DNA of 64,000 nucleotides from an uncultured Actinomycetes bacterium (GTDB lineage Bacteria; Actinomycetota; Thermoleophilia; Gaiellales; JAICJC01), in the NCBI GenBank assembly GCA_963797565.1, contig CAWCPM010000005.1:164256-228255 (forward strand), given 5' to 3'. Shown here in pieces: positions 1 to 8,850 of the stretch (the first letter of the stretch is position 1; each line of letters starts with the position of its first letter). A model generated the notes under the pieces. That model did no database searches, had not been told where the DNA came from, and worked only from the letters and a program-made list of their open reading frames with translations. A program made the translations under genes and the position numbers.

Positions 1-1211
1 CGCTTGCGGACAGCGACTTGAACACGTGCGCCTTGTCCAGGGTCGACTTGGGCGGGAAGATCAGCGGGTTGTCGGCCACCTTGGGGTCGCCCGGCAAGGC
101 CGATCGAGGGATCGCCGGCCTTCAGCACGTCGGCCGCACCGTTGACCGGGCAGATGTAGTTGACCCAGTCCTCCACCAGCGCCGCGATGTTCGGCTGGTA
201 GTAGTAGTTCATCCAGAGGTGCGCGTTGTAGGGGTTCTTCGCGTGCTTCGGGATCATCATGTTGTCGGTCCAGAGCATGCAGCCCTCATCCGGCACCACG
301 AACTTGAGGTGGGGGTTGTCGGGCAGCAGCTGCACCATGTCGCCAGACCACACCATCGCAGCCGTGAGGTCGCCGTTGGCCAGATGGTTCGAGTAGTCGT
401 TGCCGTAGAAGGCGCGGATCTGCTGGTTGTCGACGTAGGGCTTGATCGCGTCGTGGGCCTTCTGCGCGTCGGCGGTGGTGCACGTGGATGGATCGATTCC
501 CAGGTTCAGCATCACCAGGCCGAACGTGTCGCGCATCTCGGTCAGGAGGCTGACCTTGCCCTTGAACTTGGGATCCCACAGGTCGCTGACGGTGGTCAGG
601 TCACGGCCGGTCAGCTCGCTGTTGTAGCCGATGCCGGTGAGACCGGACTGCCAGGGCACGAGGAACTCGTCGTTGGGGTCGATCGAGCGGCCGTGGTAGG
701 TGGGCAGCAGGTTCGACTTGACGTTGGGCAGGATGTCCCACTCGAGCGGCTCGACGTAGCCGAACTGCACCCACTTGCCGGCCATCCAGTCGGTCAGCGT
801 GACCAGGTCGCGGCCGATGTCCTGGCCGGCCTGCAGCGTCGCCTGGAACTTCCCGAAGAACTCCTCGTTGTCGTTGATGTCCTCGATGTAGTTGGTGTGG
901 GTCTTGTACTTGGCGTCGAACATATCGATCGAGGGGTGGCGGTGGTTCTTCTCGTCGATGTAGAGCGTCCAGTTCGACCAGTTCCAGTCCGAGGAGACCG
1001 TGTGCGGGTACTTGACCGCAGCGCCGGTGGAGCTCAGGTTCTGGGTGCTGGCGCCACCCACCGAACCGCCGCAGGCGGCCAGCAGGTTGGCGGCGGCCAG
1101 CGAGCCTCCGGCAAGGCCGACACGGCGCATGAAGTCGCGGCGGGTAAGGGCGCCACGGGCGAAGGCCAGGGCCTCGATGTCGGCGCGCGAGCGTCGGGGC
1201 TCGGTGGTCAT
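1..1211 (-). CDS. potD: Spermidine/putrescine ABC transporter substrate-binding lipoprotein with Tat signal (3' end runs off the window)
   Basis: Not in the ORF track; my translation from ATG 1211 (ATGA overlap with the potA stop): MTTEPRR...LTRRDFMRR (twin-Arg)...LLAACGG (lipobox)...YIEDINDN...LTDWM...VPWQSGLTGIGYN, typical of PotD/PotF. Confidence 0.85.
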   Translation of the reverse strand, partial: MTTEPRRSRADIEALAFARGALTRRDFMRRVGLAGGSLAAANLLAACGGSVGGASTQNLSSTGAAVKYPHTVSSDWNWSNWTLYIDEKNHRHPSIDMFDAKYKTHTNYIEDINDNEEFFGKFQATLQAGQDIGRDLVTLTDWMAGKWVQFGYVEPLEWDILPNVKSNLLPTYHGRSIDPNDEFLVPWQSGLTGIGYNSELTGRDLTTVSDLWDPKFKGKVSLLTEMRDTFGLVMLNLGIDPSTCTTADAQKAHDAIKPYVDNQQIRAFYGNDYSNHLANGDLTAAMVWSGDMVQLLPDNPHLKFVVPDEGCMLWTDNMMIPKHAKNPYNAHLWMNYYYQPNIAALVEDWVNYICPVNGAADVLKAGDPSIGLAGRPQGGRQPADLPAQVDPGQGARVQVAVRK

Positions 1212-2326
1212 ATTTGCTCCTCCAGGGTCGGTACTTCTCGGGTATCGGTGATGACGAAGGTGTGCTCGGGATCCCACAGCACACCCACCTTCTGGCCGGG
1301 CGCCACACGGTCTGCGCTACGGCCCACGTTCTGTGCGAACACGGTCAGCTCGTCGCCGGCCGCTGTCTCGATGATGTACTGGGTGCTGACGCCGATGTAG
1401 CTGACGTCCTTGACGGTGCCCTCGAGCCGGTTGGCGTCGCCGGCACCGTCTCCGCTGCCGTTGGCAACGATCCGCATCTTCTCGGGCCGCACGCCGATTC
1501 GCAGCTCCTTGTGTCCGCCCTCCAGGCTCTCCTGCGGCACGCGGGCGACGGTGCCCTCGTGCAGCTGCACGGTGCCGGGCCCGGTGACGGTCGCCCAGAC
1601 CATGTTGGAGACACCCAGGAACCCGGCCACGAATGCCGTGCGCGGCTGCTCGTAGAGCTCGCCGGGAGGGCCTATCTGCTCGACCTGGCCCTGGTTCATG
1701 ACGGCGATCCGATCGGCCATGGTCATGGCCTCTTCCTGGTCGTGCGTGACGTGGATGAAGGTGATGTTGACCTCGGTCTGGATCCGCTTCAGCTCGATCT
1801 GCATCTGCTTGCGGAGCTTCAGGTCGAGCGCGCCCAGCGGCTCGTCGAGCAGCAGCACCCGCGGCTTGTTGATGAGCGCCCGCGCCAGCGCCACGCGCTG
1901 CGCCTGACCGCCGGACAGCTGTGTCGGCTTGCGCCGCTCGAAGCCGGCCAGCTGCACCAGCTCCAGCATCTCGCCCACCTGCTGCGCGATCTGGTGCTTG
2001 GAGCCACCGCCGCGCTGGCGGATGCCGAACGCGACGTTGTCGAAGATGGTCATGTGCGGGAACAGCGCGTAGTTCTGGAAGACGGTGTTCACCTCGCGCT
2101 TGTACGGGGGCAGGCCGGTGACGTCCTGCTCTCCCAGGTAGACGGTGCCGGCGGTCGGCTCCTCGAAGCCGCCGATCATCCGCAGCGTGGTGGTCTTTCC
2201 GCAGCCTGAGGGGCCGAGCAGGGCCACGAAGCCGCCACGGTCGAAGGACAGCGACAGATCATCGACCGCCTTCACATCCCCGAACTGCTTCGTCACCCGC
2301 TCGAGGCGGACATCAGGCTGCTCCAC
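1208..2326 (-). CDS. potA: Polyamine ABC transporter ATP-binding protein
   Basis: Walker A GPSGCGKT, LSGGQ signature, LLLDEPLGALD, TOBE-like C-terminus. Start set at GTG 2326 downstream of GGAGGGAG. Confidence 0.9.
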   Translation of the reverse strand: MEQPDVRLERVTKQFGDVKAVDDLSLSFDRGGFVALLGPSGCGKTTTLRMIGGFEEPTAGTVYLGEQDVTGLPPYKREVNTVFQNYALFPHMTIFDNVAFGIRQRGGGSKHQIAQQVGEMLELVQLAGFERRKPTQLSGGQAQRVALARALINKPRVLLLDEPLGALDLKLRKQMQIELKRIQTEVNITFIHVTHDQEEAMTMADRIAVMNQGQVEQIGPPGELYEQPRTAFVAGFLGVSNMVWATVTGPGTVQLHEGTVARVPQESLEGGHKELRIGVRPEKMRIVANGSGDGAGDANRLEGTVKDVSYIGVSTQYIIETAAGDELTVFAQNVGRSADRVAPGQKVGVLWDPEHTFVITDTREVPTLEEQI

Positions 2327-2492
2327 GCAAAGCTCCCTCCCAGCGATGGTCGGCGTGTTCGTGGCTTTGGAGCGACGGACCGTGGGTGGCTCGAACGCCA
2401 TCGACACGCCGAAAAACGGGAGTGTACAGACCGATCGCCATGCTGTATATCCAAGCGGTCACAATCCCGGCGGCCGTGATGTGGGCGCCCGG

Positions 2493-3425
2493 TCAGGCCA
2501 TGACCATGGCCATCAGCGCCTTCTGGGCGTGGAGGCGGTTCTCGGCCTCGTCCCAGGCGGCCGAGCTGGGGCCGTGCAGCACCTCGTGCGTGATCTCCTC
2601 GCCGTAGTGCGCGGGCAGGCAGTGCAGCACGATGTGGCCCGGCGCCGCCGACCGAAGCAGCTCGCGGTTGACCTGGTAGGGCGTCAGGTTGGAGACGCGC
2701 TGGTCGCGCTCGGCCTCCTGGCCCATGCTCGTCCAGACGTCCGTGACGACCGCGTCGGCTCCGGCCACCGCTTCCAGCGGATCGTCCGTGACGGTCACCT
2801 CGCCGGCGGCGGCCACGACGGCGGGGTCCGGCTCGAAGCCGAGCGGTGTGGCCACGCGCACCTCCATGCCCAGCATGCCGGCGGCCGTGATCAGCGAGTG
2901 GCAGACGTTGTTGCAGCCGTCGCCGACCCAGGCCAGCGTGCGGCCGTCCAGGTCGCCCAGCCGCTCGCGCAGCGTCTGCACGTCGGCCAGGGCCTGGCAG
3001 GGGTGGTGGAGGTCGGTGAGGCCGTTGATGACGGGCACGCAGGCGGCGGCGGCGAGCGCCTCGACCTCCGCGTGCGCCCCGGCCCGGATCATGATGGCGT
3101 CTACGTAACGGGAAAGGACGAGGCCGGTGTCCTCGATCGACTCGCCGCGTCCCAGCTGCATCTCGGACACCGACAGCACGACCGCGCTGCCGCCCAGCTG
3201 GCCGATGCCGACCTCGAACGAGACGCGGGTGCGGGTGGACGCCTTCTGGAAGATCATTGCCAGCGTGCGGCCGGGCAGCAGCCGGTGCGGGACGCCGCGC
3301 CCCTGCAGCAGCTTGAGGTGGTCAGCGAGATCGAGCAGCTCGATCAGCTGGTCGCGGTCGAGCTGGTCGATCGACAGCAGGTCGCGGCCGGCGAGGCCGG
3401 CCTGGGTGGGGGCGAGCATGGCCAT
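2493..3425 (-). CDS. argF: Ornithine carbamoyltransferase
   Basis: STRTR carbamoyl-phosphate motif, HPCQ, DVWTSMGQ, HCLP motifs. Start at ATG 3425 or 3419. Confidence 0.95.
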   Translation of the reverse strand: MAMLAPTQAGLAGRDLLSIDQLDRDQLIELLDLADHLKLLQGRGVPHRLLPGRTLAMIFQKASTRTRVSFEVGIGQLGGSAVVLSVSEMQLGRGESIEDTGLVLSRYVDAIMIRAGAHAEVEALAAAACVPVINGLTDLHHPCQALADVQTLRERLGDLDGRTLAWVGDGCNNVCHSLITAAGMLGMEVRVATPLGFEPDPAVVAAAGEVTVTDDPLEAVAGADAVVTDVWTSMGQEAERDQRVSNLTPYQVNRELLRSAAPGHIVLHCLPAHYGEEITHEVLHGPSSAAWDEAENRLHAQKALMAMVMA

Positions 3426-3428
3426 GGA

Positions 3429-3463
3429 CGCAAAAGTATGCCACAGATGTGCATGAATATGCA
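3429..3463. promoter_or_regulatory. Tandem ArgR operators (ARG boxes) upstream of argF
   Basis: TGCATGAATATGCA at 3450-3463 (perfect TGCAT-N4-ATGCA) and degenerate CGCAAAAGTATGCC at 3429-3442, 21 bp apart. Confidence 0.8.
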
Positions 3464-3481
3464 ATGCGGTACGATCGGTCG

Positions 3482-3871
3482 ATGCCCGGGATCGCGCTGG
3501 CAACCGACCGGCGAGAGCAGCTCGTCGACGTGACCGAGGCGGTGGCCGCGGCCGTTTTGGAGCTGGGAGTGACCGACGGCGCGGTGCTGCTGCACGTGCC
3601 GCATACGACGGCAGCGGTGACCATCAACGAGGGGTTCGACCCGGACGTGGCCGCCGATGTTGTGGACGTGCTGGGTCGGCTGGTACCGCGCGATGACGGC
3701 TACGCGCATCTCGAGGGCAACTCCGATTCGCACGCGAAGTCGATCCTGGTCGGTTGCTCTCAGCTGGTGCCCGTGGCCGGCGGCGCGCCGGTGCTGGGGC
3801 GCTGGCAGCGCATCTTCTTCTGCGAGTTCGACGGCCCGCGGCAACGGCAGCTGCTGGTGCTCCGCGTCTGA
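3482..3871 (+). CDS. yjbQ: YjbQ/UPF0047 family protein (secondary thiamine-phosphate synthase-like)
   Basis: VPHTTAAVTINE, HLEGNSDSHAK, LGRWQRIFFCEFDGPR motifs. TACGAT -10 box 6 nt before ATG 3482. Confidence 0.9.
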   Translation: MPGIALATDRREQLVDVTEAVAAAVLELGVTDGAVLLHVPHTTAAVTINEGFDPDVAADVVDVLGRLVPRDDGYAHLEGNSDSHAKSILVGCSQLVPVAGGAPVLGRWQRIFFCEFDGPRQRQLLVLRV

Positions 3872-3977
3872 GCGGGGGAGCCCGCGTACCGGTTCGGGGG
3901 ATGCGTCAGCGCGCGTAAATCGCCGATACCGCGAGCAGGAGCTGGTGGGCTCCGCCCCCTCCCCTTAGAGGTGCACC

Positions 3978-6605
3978 ATGGTACGACGCGGATCATCCCA
4001 TCCGCGCCGACGTCGCGCGGTACTGCTCCTGGCTCTCGCGATGGGCCTGGTTGCGGCTGCACCCGCGTACGCGATGCCCTACATGCCCCGGCTGACGGCG
4101 CACACCGCCACGAGGCTGACGGTGATGATGGTGAGGAGGCCGGCGGCCTACGTGCACGTCACCAGGGCCTCGTTCTCGTGGACCCACACCGGCACGGTCC
4201 GCAGCACGTCGTGCAAGCTGGACACCAGGAGGGCGGTGTCCTGCCGGACGGGCAGGATCAGCTACAGCAAGCTCGCAGCCGGCCACCACACGTTCGTGCT
4301 GACGGTGAAGGGCATCTCGTCGCGCCGAACGATCACGGTCAGGTGGCTGATCGACCTCGATGCTCCGCTACCGCCCACGTCCGTGCTGGGCGGCTCCACC
4401 GCGTGGAGCACGGTGCCGGTGACGCTGACGGCGGCCGGAGGCAGCGACGCCACCAGCGGGCTGGCCGGCTACCAGTATCAGGTGTCCGTGAACGGCGGTG
4501 CCTGGCGGCTGCCGGTGCAGAGGAATCCGGCTGCGATCGGGATCGAGGGGGCGTCGATCGTGCAGTTTCGAAGCGTCGACAAGGCCGGCAACACGTCGAG
4601 CTGGGTGCCGACCGTTTCCGGCCCCGACAACACCGTCATGATCGACAGAACGCCCCCGGCCGTGCCGACACTGACGGGAGGGGCGCCGGCATGGCAGAAC
4701 GTGGCATCCGTGACCGTGAACGCGAGCGGCGGGGCGGACGCCGGCTCCGGGTTTGCGCACTTCGGGTACCGCCTCTCCACGGACGGCGGCACCACCTGGA
4801 GCACGGAGCTGTCGGGAACCGGGGTGACGGTGACGGCGGAGGGCTCGACGCTGGTGCAGTTCCGAAGCTACGACCTGGTCGGCAACGCGTCAGCATGGGC
4901 CACCGCCACGGTCATGATCGACCGCGCGAATCCCACCGATCCGGTCGTCAGCGGCGGGTCGGCGGCGTGGCAGAGCGTAACGTCCCTGCACCTGGCGGCG
5001 GCCGGCTCGACCGACACGGGGTCGGGGATCCACGGGTATCAGCTGGAAACGTCGACGGACGGCGGTCTCACCTGGTCGGCGCCGGCGGATGCGTCCAGCC
5101 TGACGGTGACGGCGCAGGGGGAGACGCTGGTGCGGTTCCGTGCGGTCGACGTGTCCCTCCGGTTCAGCAACTGGGTGACGGGGATCGCGCGCATCGACCA
5201 CACCGCTCCGGTCACACCGACGCTGACGGGTGGGTCGCCGGCATGGCAGAACGTGGCGTCGGTGGACGTGGCGGCGACCGGGACGACGGACACCGGTGGC
5301 TCCGGGTTCGACCACCTCAGCTACCGCACGTCCACGGACGGCGGCACGACCTGGGGTCCCGAGACAACCGGGACGCACGTGACGGTGTCCAGCCAGGGCG
5401 CGACGCTGGTGCAGTTCCGAGGGCGTGACTTCGCCGGGAACGTGACCCCGTGGGTGAGCGCGTCGGTCAACATCGACCGCGCTAATCCCACCGACCCGGT
5501 GATCGCGAACAGCTCGACCGCATGGCAGAGCGTGACATCGATCAACCTCGTGGCGAGCTCCACCGACTCGCCCGGCTCCGGCATCGCCGGCTACCAGCGG
5601 CAGGTCTCGACGGACGGAGGCGCCACCTGGGGGGCGATGTCGACCGGTGCGTCGCGGTTGGTGACTGCCGAGGGCGAGACGCTGGTGAAGTTCCGGGCGG
5701 TGGACGTGTCCGGCAGGACCAGCAACTGGGTGGTCGCGACGGCCCGGATCGACCGCACCAACCCGACCGACCCGAGCGTGAGCAGCGCCGGCGCAGGCTG
5801 GCAGAACACTTCGATGCTGCCGCTGAGCGCGTCCGGATCGACCGACACCGGTGGCTCCGGCCTGGTCGGATACCAGAGCGAGATGTCGACGAACGGGGCG
5901 GCGTACACGTCGCCGGTGCTGGGATCGAGCCTGTACGTGACAAGCGACGGCGTGACGGTGGTGCGGTTCCGGTCGATCGACGGGGCGGGGAACACGTCGG
6001 CGTGGAGCCAGGTGACCGCGAGGCTGGATTCGTCGCCGCCGTCGGATCCGACGCTGACGGGATGGTCGCCGGGGTGGGTGAATGCGGCGTCGGTGGTGGT
6101 GAAGGCGGCCGGCTCGGCCGATCCCTGGAGCGGCCTCGGGAACTACCAGTGGCAGACGTCCACGGACGGCGGCGCATTGTGGTCGTCGCTGCTGTCGGGA
6201 AACCAGGTTACGGTGACGAGCGAGGGATCGACGGTCGTGCGGTTCCGGGCCACGGACAACGTCGGGAACACGTCGAACTGGGTGTCTGCGACGGTCAGGA
6301 TCGACCGCAGCGCGCCGAGCGCGCCGACCGTGACCGGTGGCGGCGGCGCGACGACCTGCTACCTGAGTAAGACGGTGACCGCGTCGGGGAGCAGCGACGG
6401 GGCCGGATCGGGGCTGGCGCACTACCAGTACCGGGTGTCGCCGGACAACGGCCTGACGTGGGGCGCGACGACATCGGCATCATCGGTGCTGCTGGCGACG
6501 CACGGGGTCTACCTGGTGCAGTTCCAGGCGGTGGACAACGTCGGGCTGCTGTCAGCCTGGGCGCCGGCCAACCCCGGCACGGCGAACACGGTCTGCATCA
6601 CCTGA
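3978..6605 (+). CDS. Secreted protein with eight ~92-aa tandem beta-rich (Ig-like) repeats
   Basis: N-terminal signal peptide (RRRRAVLLLALAMGLVAAAPAYA). Repeats begin ID/LD at nt 4350, 4641, 4917, 5193, 5472, 5748, 6024, 6300 and share P..P...GG...W, D..SG...Y....DGG.TW, EG...V.FR..D..GN.S.W. Confidence 0.8.
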   Translation: MVRRGSSHPRRRRAVLLLALAMGLVAAAPAYAMPYMPRLTAHTATRLTVMMVRRPAAYVHVTRASFSWTHTGTVRSTSCKLDTRRAVSCRTGRISYSKLAAGHHTFVLTVKGISSRRTITVRWLIDLDAPLPPTSVLGGSTAWSTVPVTLTAAGGSDATSGLAGYQYQVSVNGGAWRLPVQRNPAAIGIEGASIVQFRSVDKAGNTSSWVPTVSGPDNTVMIDRTPPAVPTLTGGAPAWQNVASVTVNASGGADAGSGFAHFGYRLSTDGGTTWSTELSGTGVTVTAEGSTLVQFRSYDLVGNASAWATATVMIDRANPTDPVVSGGSAAWQSVTSLHLAAAGSTDTGSGIHGYQLETSTDGGLTWSAPADASSLTVTAQGETLVRFRAVDVSLRFSNWVTGIARIDHTAPVTPTLTGGSPAWQNVASVDVAATGTTDTGGSGFDHLSYRTSTDGGTTWGPETTGTHVTVSSQGATLVQFRGRDFAGNVTPWVSASVNIDRANPTDPVIANSSTAWQSVTSINLVASSTDSPGSGIAGYQRQVSTDGGATWGAMSTGASRLVTAEGETLVKFRAVDVSGRTSNWVVATARIDRTNPTDPSVSSAGAGWQNTSMLPLSASGSTDTGGSGLVGYQSEMSTNGAAYTSPVLGSSLYVTSDGVTVVRFRSIDGAGNTSAWSQVTARLDSSPPSDPTLTGWSPGWVNAASVVVKAAGSADPWSGLGNYQWQTSTDGGALWSSLLSGNQVTVTSEGSTVVRFRATDNVGNTSNWVSATVRIDRSAPSAPTVTGGGGATTCYLSKTVTASGSSDGAGSGLAHYQYRVSPDNGLTWGATTSASSVLLATHGVYLVQFQAVDNVGLLSAWAPANPGTANTVCIT

Positions 6606-7288
6606 CGCAGCGCAGGCGGCGCAAGACGGTCGACGGGTCGACGCCGGCCGCGGCGCCGATCTCGCGCAGCGAGTAGCCGGCTCCGCGGGCAGCGGCCAGG
6701 TCGGGGAGCACCGCGGCAAGGAGCGGGCGGGTGGGAGGCTCCTGCTCGACCAGCTGACGGAAGCGGGCGCGGGCCTCGCGGATGCCGAGGTGGGCGTCGA
6801 ACAGGGCCAGGATCAGGTCGAGGGTGACGTGTGACGGGCGCGAGGTGATGCCGAGCGCCATGGGGTAGGTCGACCACGGCCACAGCTCGGCGCGATCGCA
6901 AAGGCCGGCGCGGAGCGGGTTGGCGGCGATGTAACGGGCAACCTCGATGATGGCCTTGGCGCCGGCGACAGGCGACGCCCAGTAGCGATCCTGGAACAGG
7001 TGGCCGTCGACGCAGTGGGTGGCGTTGAAGCGGGCCGCGTAGACCCCGTTCAGCCAGTGCATTCCCTTGCCGAGGTTGGCGTTCGGTGTCTCGACCAGCA
7101 GGTGGTAGTGGTTCCCCATCAGGCAGTAGGCGTGGTAACGGAAGCCGAACCTGGGCAGGGTGGCGGCCATCAGGTCCAGGAACAGGCGACGGTCCTGGTC
7201 AGTCTCGTAGATGGCCTGGCGTCTGTTGCCTCGCTGAACAACGTGGTAGATGCCCCCGCGGCAGGGTGTTCGGCGGTCTGCGCGACAT
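6598..7288 (-). mobile_element. REP-associated tyrosine transposase (RAYT; HUH/Y1 family) with C-terminal HTH; apparent +1 frameshift near 7258
   Basis: YHVVQRGN, YCLMGNHYHLL (HUH), GHLFQDRY, YIAANPLRAG (catalytic Tyr), WPWSTY. Removing one base near 7258 joins ATG 7288 (MSRRPPNTLPGGIYH). TAGGCT -10 lies 7 nt upstream of that ATG. Confidence 0.85.
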
Positions 7289-7347
7289 GCCGGCCAGCCT
7301 ACGGCCGCCCGCTGCCACGAATCGCCCCCCGGCCGATCACAACTCCG

Positions 7348-7439
7348 CGCCAAGGGTGCGACGCAACACGTGCGTCTGGCACCGGTGTTGCACGCCAAGG
7401 GTGCGACGCAACACGTGCGTCTGGCACCGGTGTTGCACG
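7348..7439. repeat. Two tandem 45-bp direct repeats, each containing a 29-bp REP-like palindrome
   Basis: Unit CGCCAAGGGTGCGACGCAACACGTGCGTCTGGCACCGGTGTTGCA at 7348 and 7393; hairpins at 7363-7391 and 7408-7436. Confidence 0.9.
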
Positions 7440-7511
7440 AATTCCGATAGTGAAACGGGCATCCGACCACTAATATCGTAGTTTTCGGGCTAAAAATTGC
7501 CAGGAATTCCG

Positions 7512-7597
7512 TAGAATCGGGCGCAACACCGGTGCCAGGCGCCGGTGTTGCATCTAGAATCGGGCGCAACACCGGTGCCAGGCGCCGGTGTTGCATC
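7512..7597. repeat. Two tandem 43-bp direct repeats with the REP-like palindrome in the opposite orientation
   Basis: Unit TAGAATCGGGCGCAACACCGGTGCCAGGCGCCGGTGTTGCATC at 7512 and 7555; palindrome is 26/29 identical to the reverse complement of the first pair. Confidence 0.9.
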
Positions 7598-7631
7598 CGC
7601 GGGTGTGCGAAGCCGCGGGTTGAGCGCGGAG

Positions 7632-7754
7632 CTAGGCGATGATGCCGTGCGCGAGAGCGATGACGCAGGCGACCGCAAACAGTGCGATCAGCAGGTTGAC
7701 GGGACGCATGGTGCCGGGTCGGGCGGCCTGCGCCTCGTTGGTGCGAGGGGACAT
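7632..7754 (-). CDS. 40-aa single-pass membrane protein (not in the ORF track)
   Basis: MSPRTNEAQAARPGTMRPVNLLIALFAVACVIALAHGIIA*; AGGAGAG RBS upstream; hydrophobic C-terminal half. Confidence 0.6.
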   Translation of the reverse strand: MSPRTNEAQAARPGTMRPVNLLIALFAVACVIALAHGIIA

Positions 7755-7809
7755 GTGGCTGGGACTCTCCTGGAAGGCGATGGACGGTTGGAGCATCGGG
7801 TCACCCGTC

Positions 7810-8850
7810 CTATCGGCGCTTCGTCGTCTTGAGGTAACCGGTATCCCTCAATTCGTTGACCGGCGGTACGCCTGAGTCGTCGATCTGGGTGCGTGGCCGC
7901 ACCGCGCCGATCCCGTACCTGACCCACCGCAGCGCCAGGATCAGCGCCCCAACCAGCGACGTGGCCGTGCCCACCGCGAAGAACGCCACTCCCAGCGCGA
8001 TCGCCTGCTCCGCCGTCGTCGAGTCGTGCAGGAACGACACGAACACCGCCTCGCGCACCCCGATGCCGTTCAGCGACACAGGGAGCACCAGCGCCGCGAA
8101 CAGCACCGGCCCGGTGGCGTAGATCTCCGTGATCGGCACGTCCAGACCCAGCGCCTTCACCAGCATCCAGATCGTCCCCACCCGTACGATCTGCACCGCC
8201 AGCGCCAGCCCGAACACCGCCGCCAGCGCCGCCCGCTGGTCGCGGTACCCGTGCAGCGCCTCGTAGAACCGCTGCCCCGCCGCCAGCCGCTTCTCGCCCA
8301 CCCGCGGCTCCAGCACGCGCGCGGCCAGACCACGCAGCCGCGCGGAGAACAGCAGCCCCATCACCAGCAGCGCCGCGAGCCCGAACGTCGTCTCGGCCAC
8401 GACCACCTCCGGCCCCCCGGCCGAGTGCCCGCCTGCCGCGTACGCCAGCACCGCCAGCCCCACAAGTGAAACGACACCCACCAGCCGGTCGATCAGCACC
8501 GACGCCACCGCCTCCGGCCCGTCGTGCGTGCGCCTTCCCAGCTCGACCGCCCGCACCGCGTCCCCTCCCACCGCCGCCGGCAGGAACTGCCCCAGGAACA
8601 ACGCCACGAAGTACGTCCTCACCAGCCACCAGAACGGTGCGAACATGCCCTTCGCGCGGATCAGGATGCTCCAGCGCCACGCCATCACCGGTACCGTTGC
8701 CACGTTCACGACCATCGCCAGCGCCACCCACTTGAGATCCGCCTGCGACAGCGTTCTCCAGATCTCGCGTGGGTCCGTGAACCACAGGAGCGCCACCAGC
8801 AGCACCGCCGAGACGACCGCTCCCGCCGCCACCCGCGTGCGCCGGCTCAT
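7810..8850 (-). CDS. Lysylphosphatidylglycerol-synthase TM / flippase-like domain protein (UPF0104 type)
   Basis: RWSILI, FLGQFLPAAVGGDAVR, SVLIDRLVG, PVSLNGIGVRE motifs. ATG 8850 overlaps the upstream stop (ATGA). Confidence 0.8.
   Translation of the reverse strand: MSRRTRVAAGAVVSAVLLVALLWFTDPREIWRTLSQADLKWVALAMVVNVATVPVMAWRWSILIRAKGMFAPFWWLVRTYFVALFLGQFLPAAVGGDAVRAVELGRRTHDGPEAVASVLIDRLVGVVSLVGLAVLAYAAGGHSAGGPEVVVAETTFGLAALLVMGLLFSARLRGLAARVLEPRVGEKRLAAGQRFYEALHGYRDQRAALAAVFGLALAVQIVRVGTIWMLVKALGLDVPITEIYATGPVLFAALVLPVSLNGIGVREAVFVSFLHDSTTAEQAIALGVAFFAVGTATSLVGALILALRWVRYGIGAVRPRTQIDDSGVPPVNELRDTGYLKTTKRR

Noticed and set aside
18-1400. Long antisense or shadow ORFs (e.g. 18..1400, 12593..15151, 31867..33837, 51064..53556, 62729..63955)
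   Set aside because: They mirror confidently identified genes on the other strand or frame and lack motifs; a typical high-GC artefact.
2423-2449. Operator upstream of potA (TGTACAG-N13-CTGTATA)
   Set aside because: Only a 7-bp imperfect repeat, with no second copy or cognate regulator in the window.
3872-3977. Riboswitch in the leader of the repeat protein
   Set aside because: A GGAGCCC/GGGCTCC stem can be drawn, but I cannot match conserved c-di-AMP or c-di-GMP aptamer motifs, and such stems are expected at this GC content.
7240-7290. Programmed +1 frameshift controlling RAYT expression
   Set aside because: The same kind of extra base occurs in argB, argH and other housekeeping genes here, so assembly error is more parsimonious; no slippery site plus stimulator was seen.
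7348-7597. CRISPR array
   Set aside because: The sequences between palindromes are identical duplications rather than unique spacers, the two pairs are inverted, and no cas genes are present.
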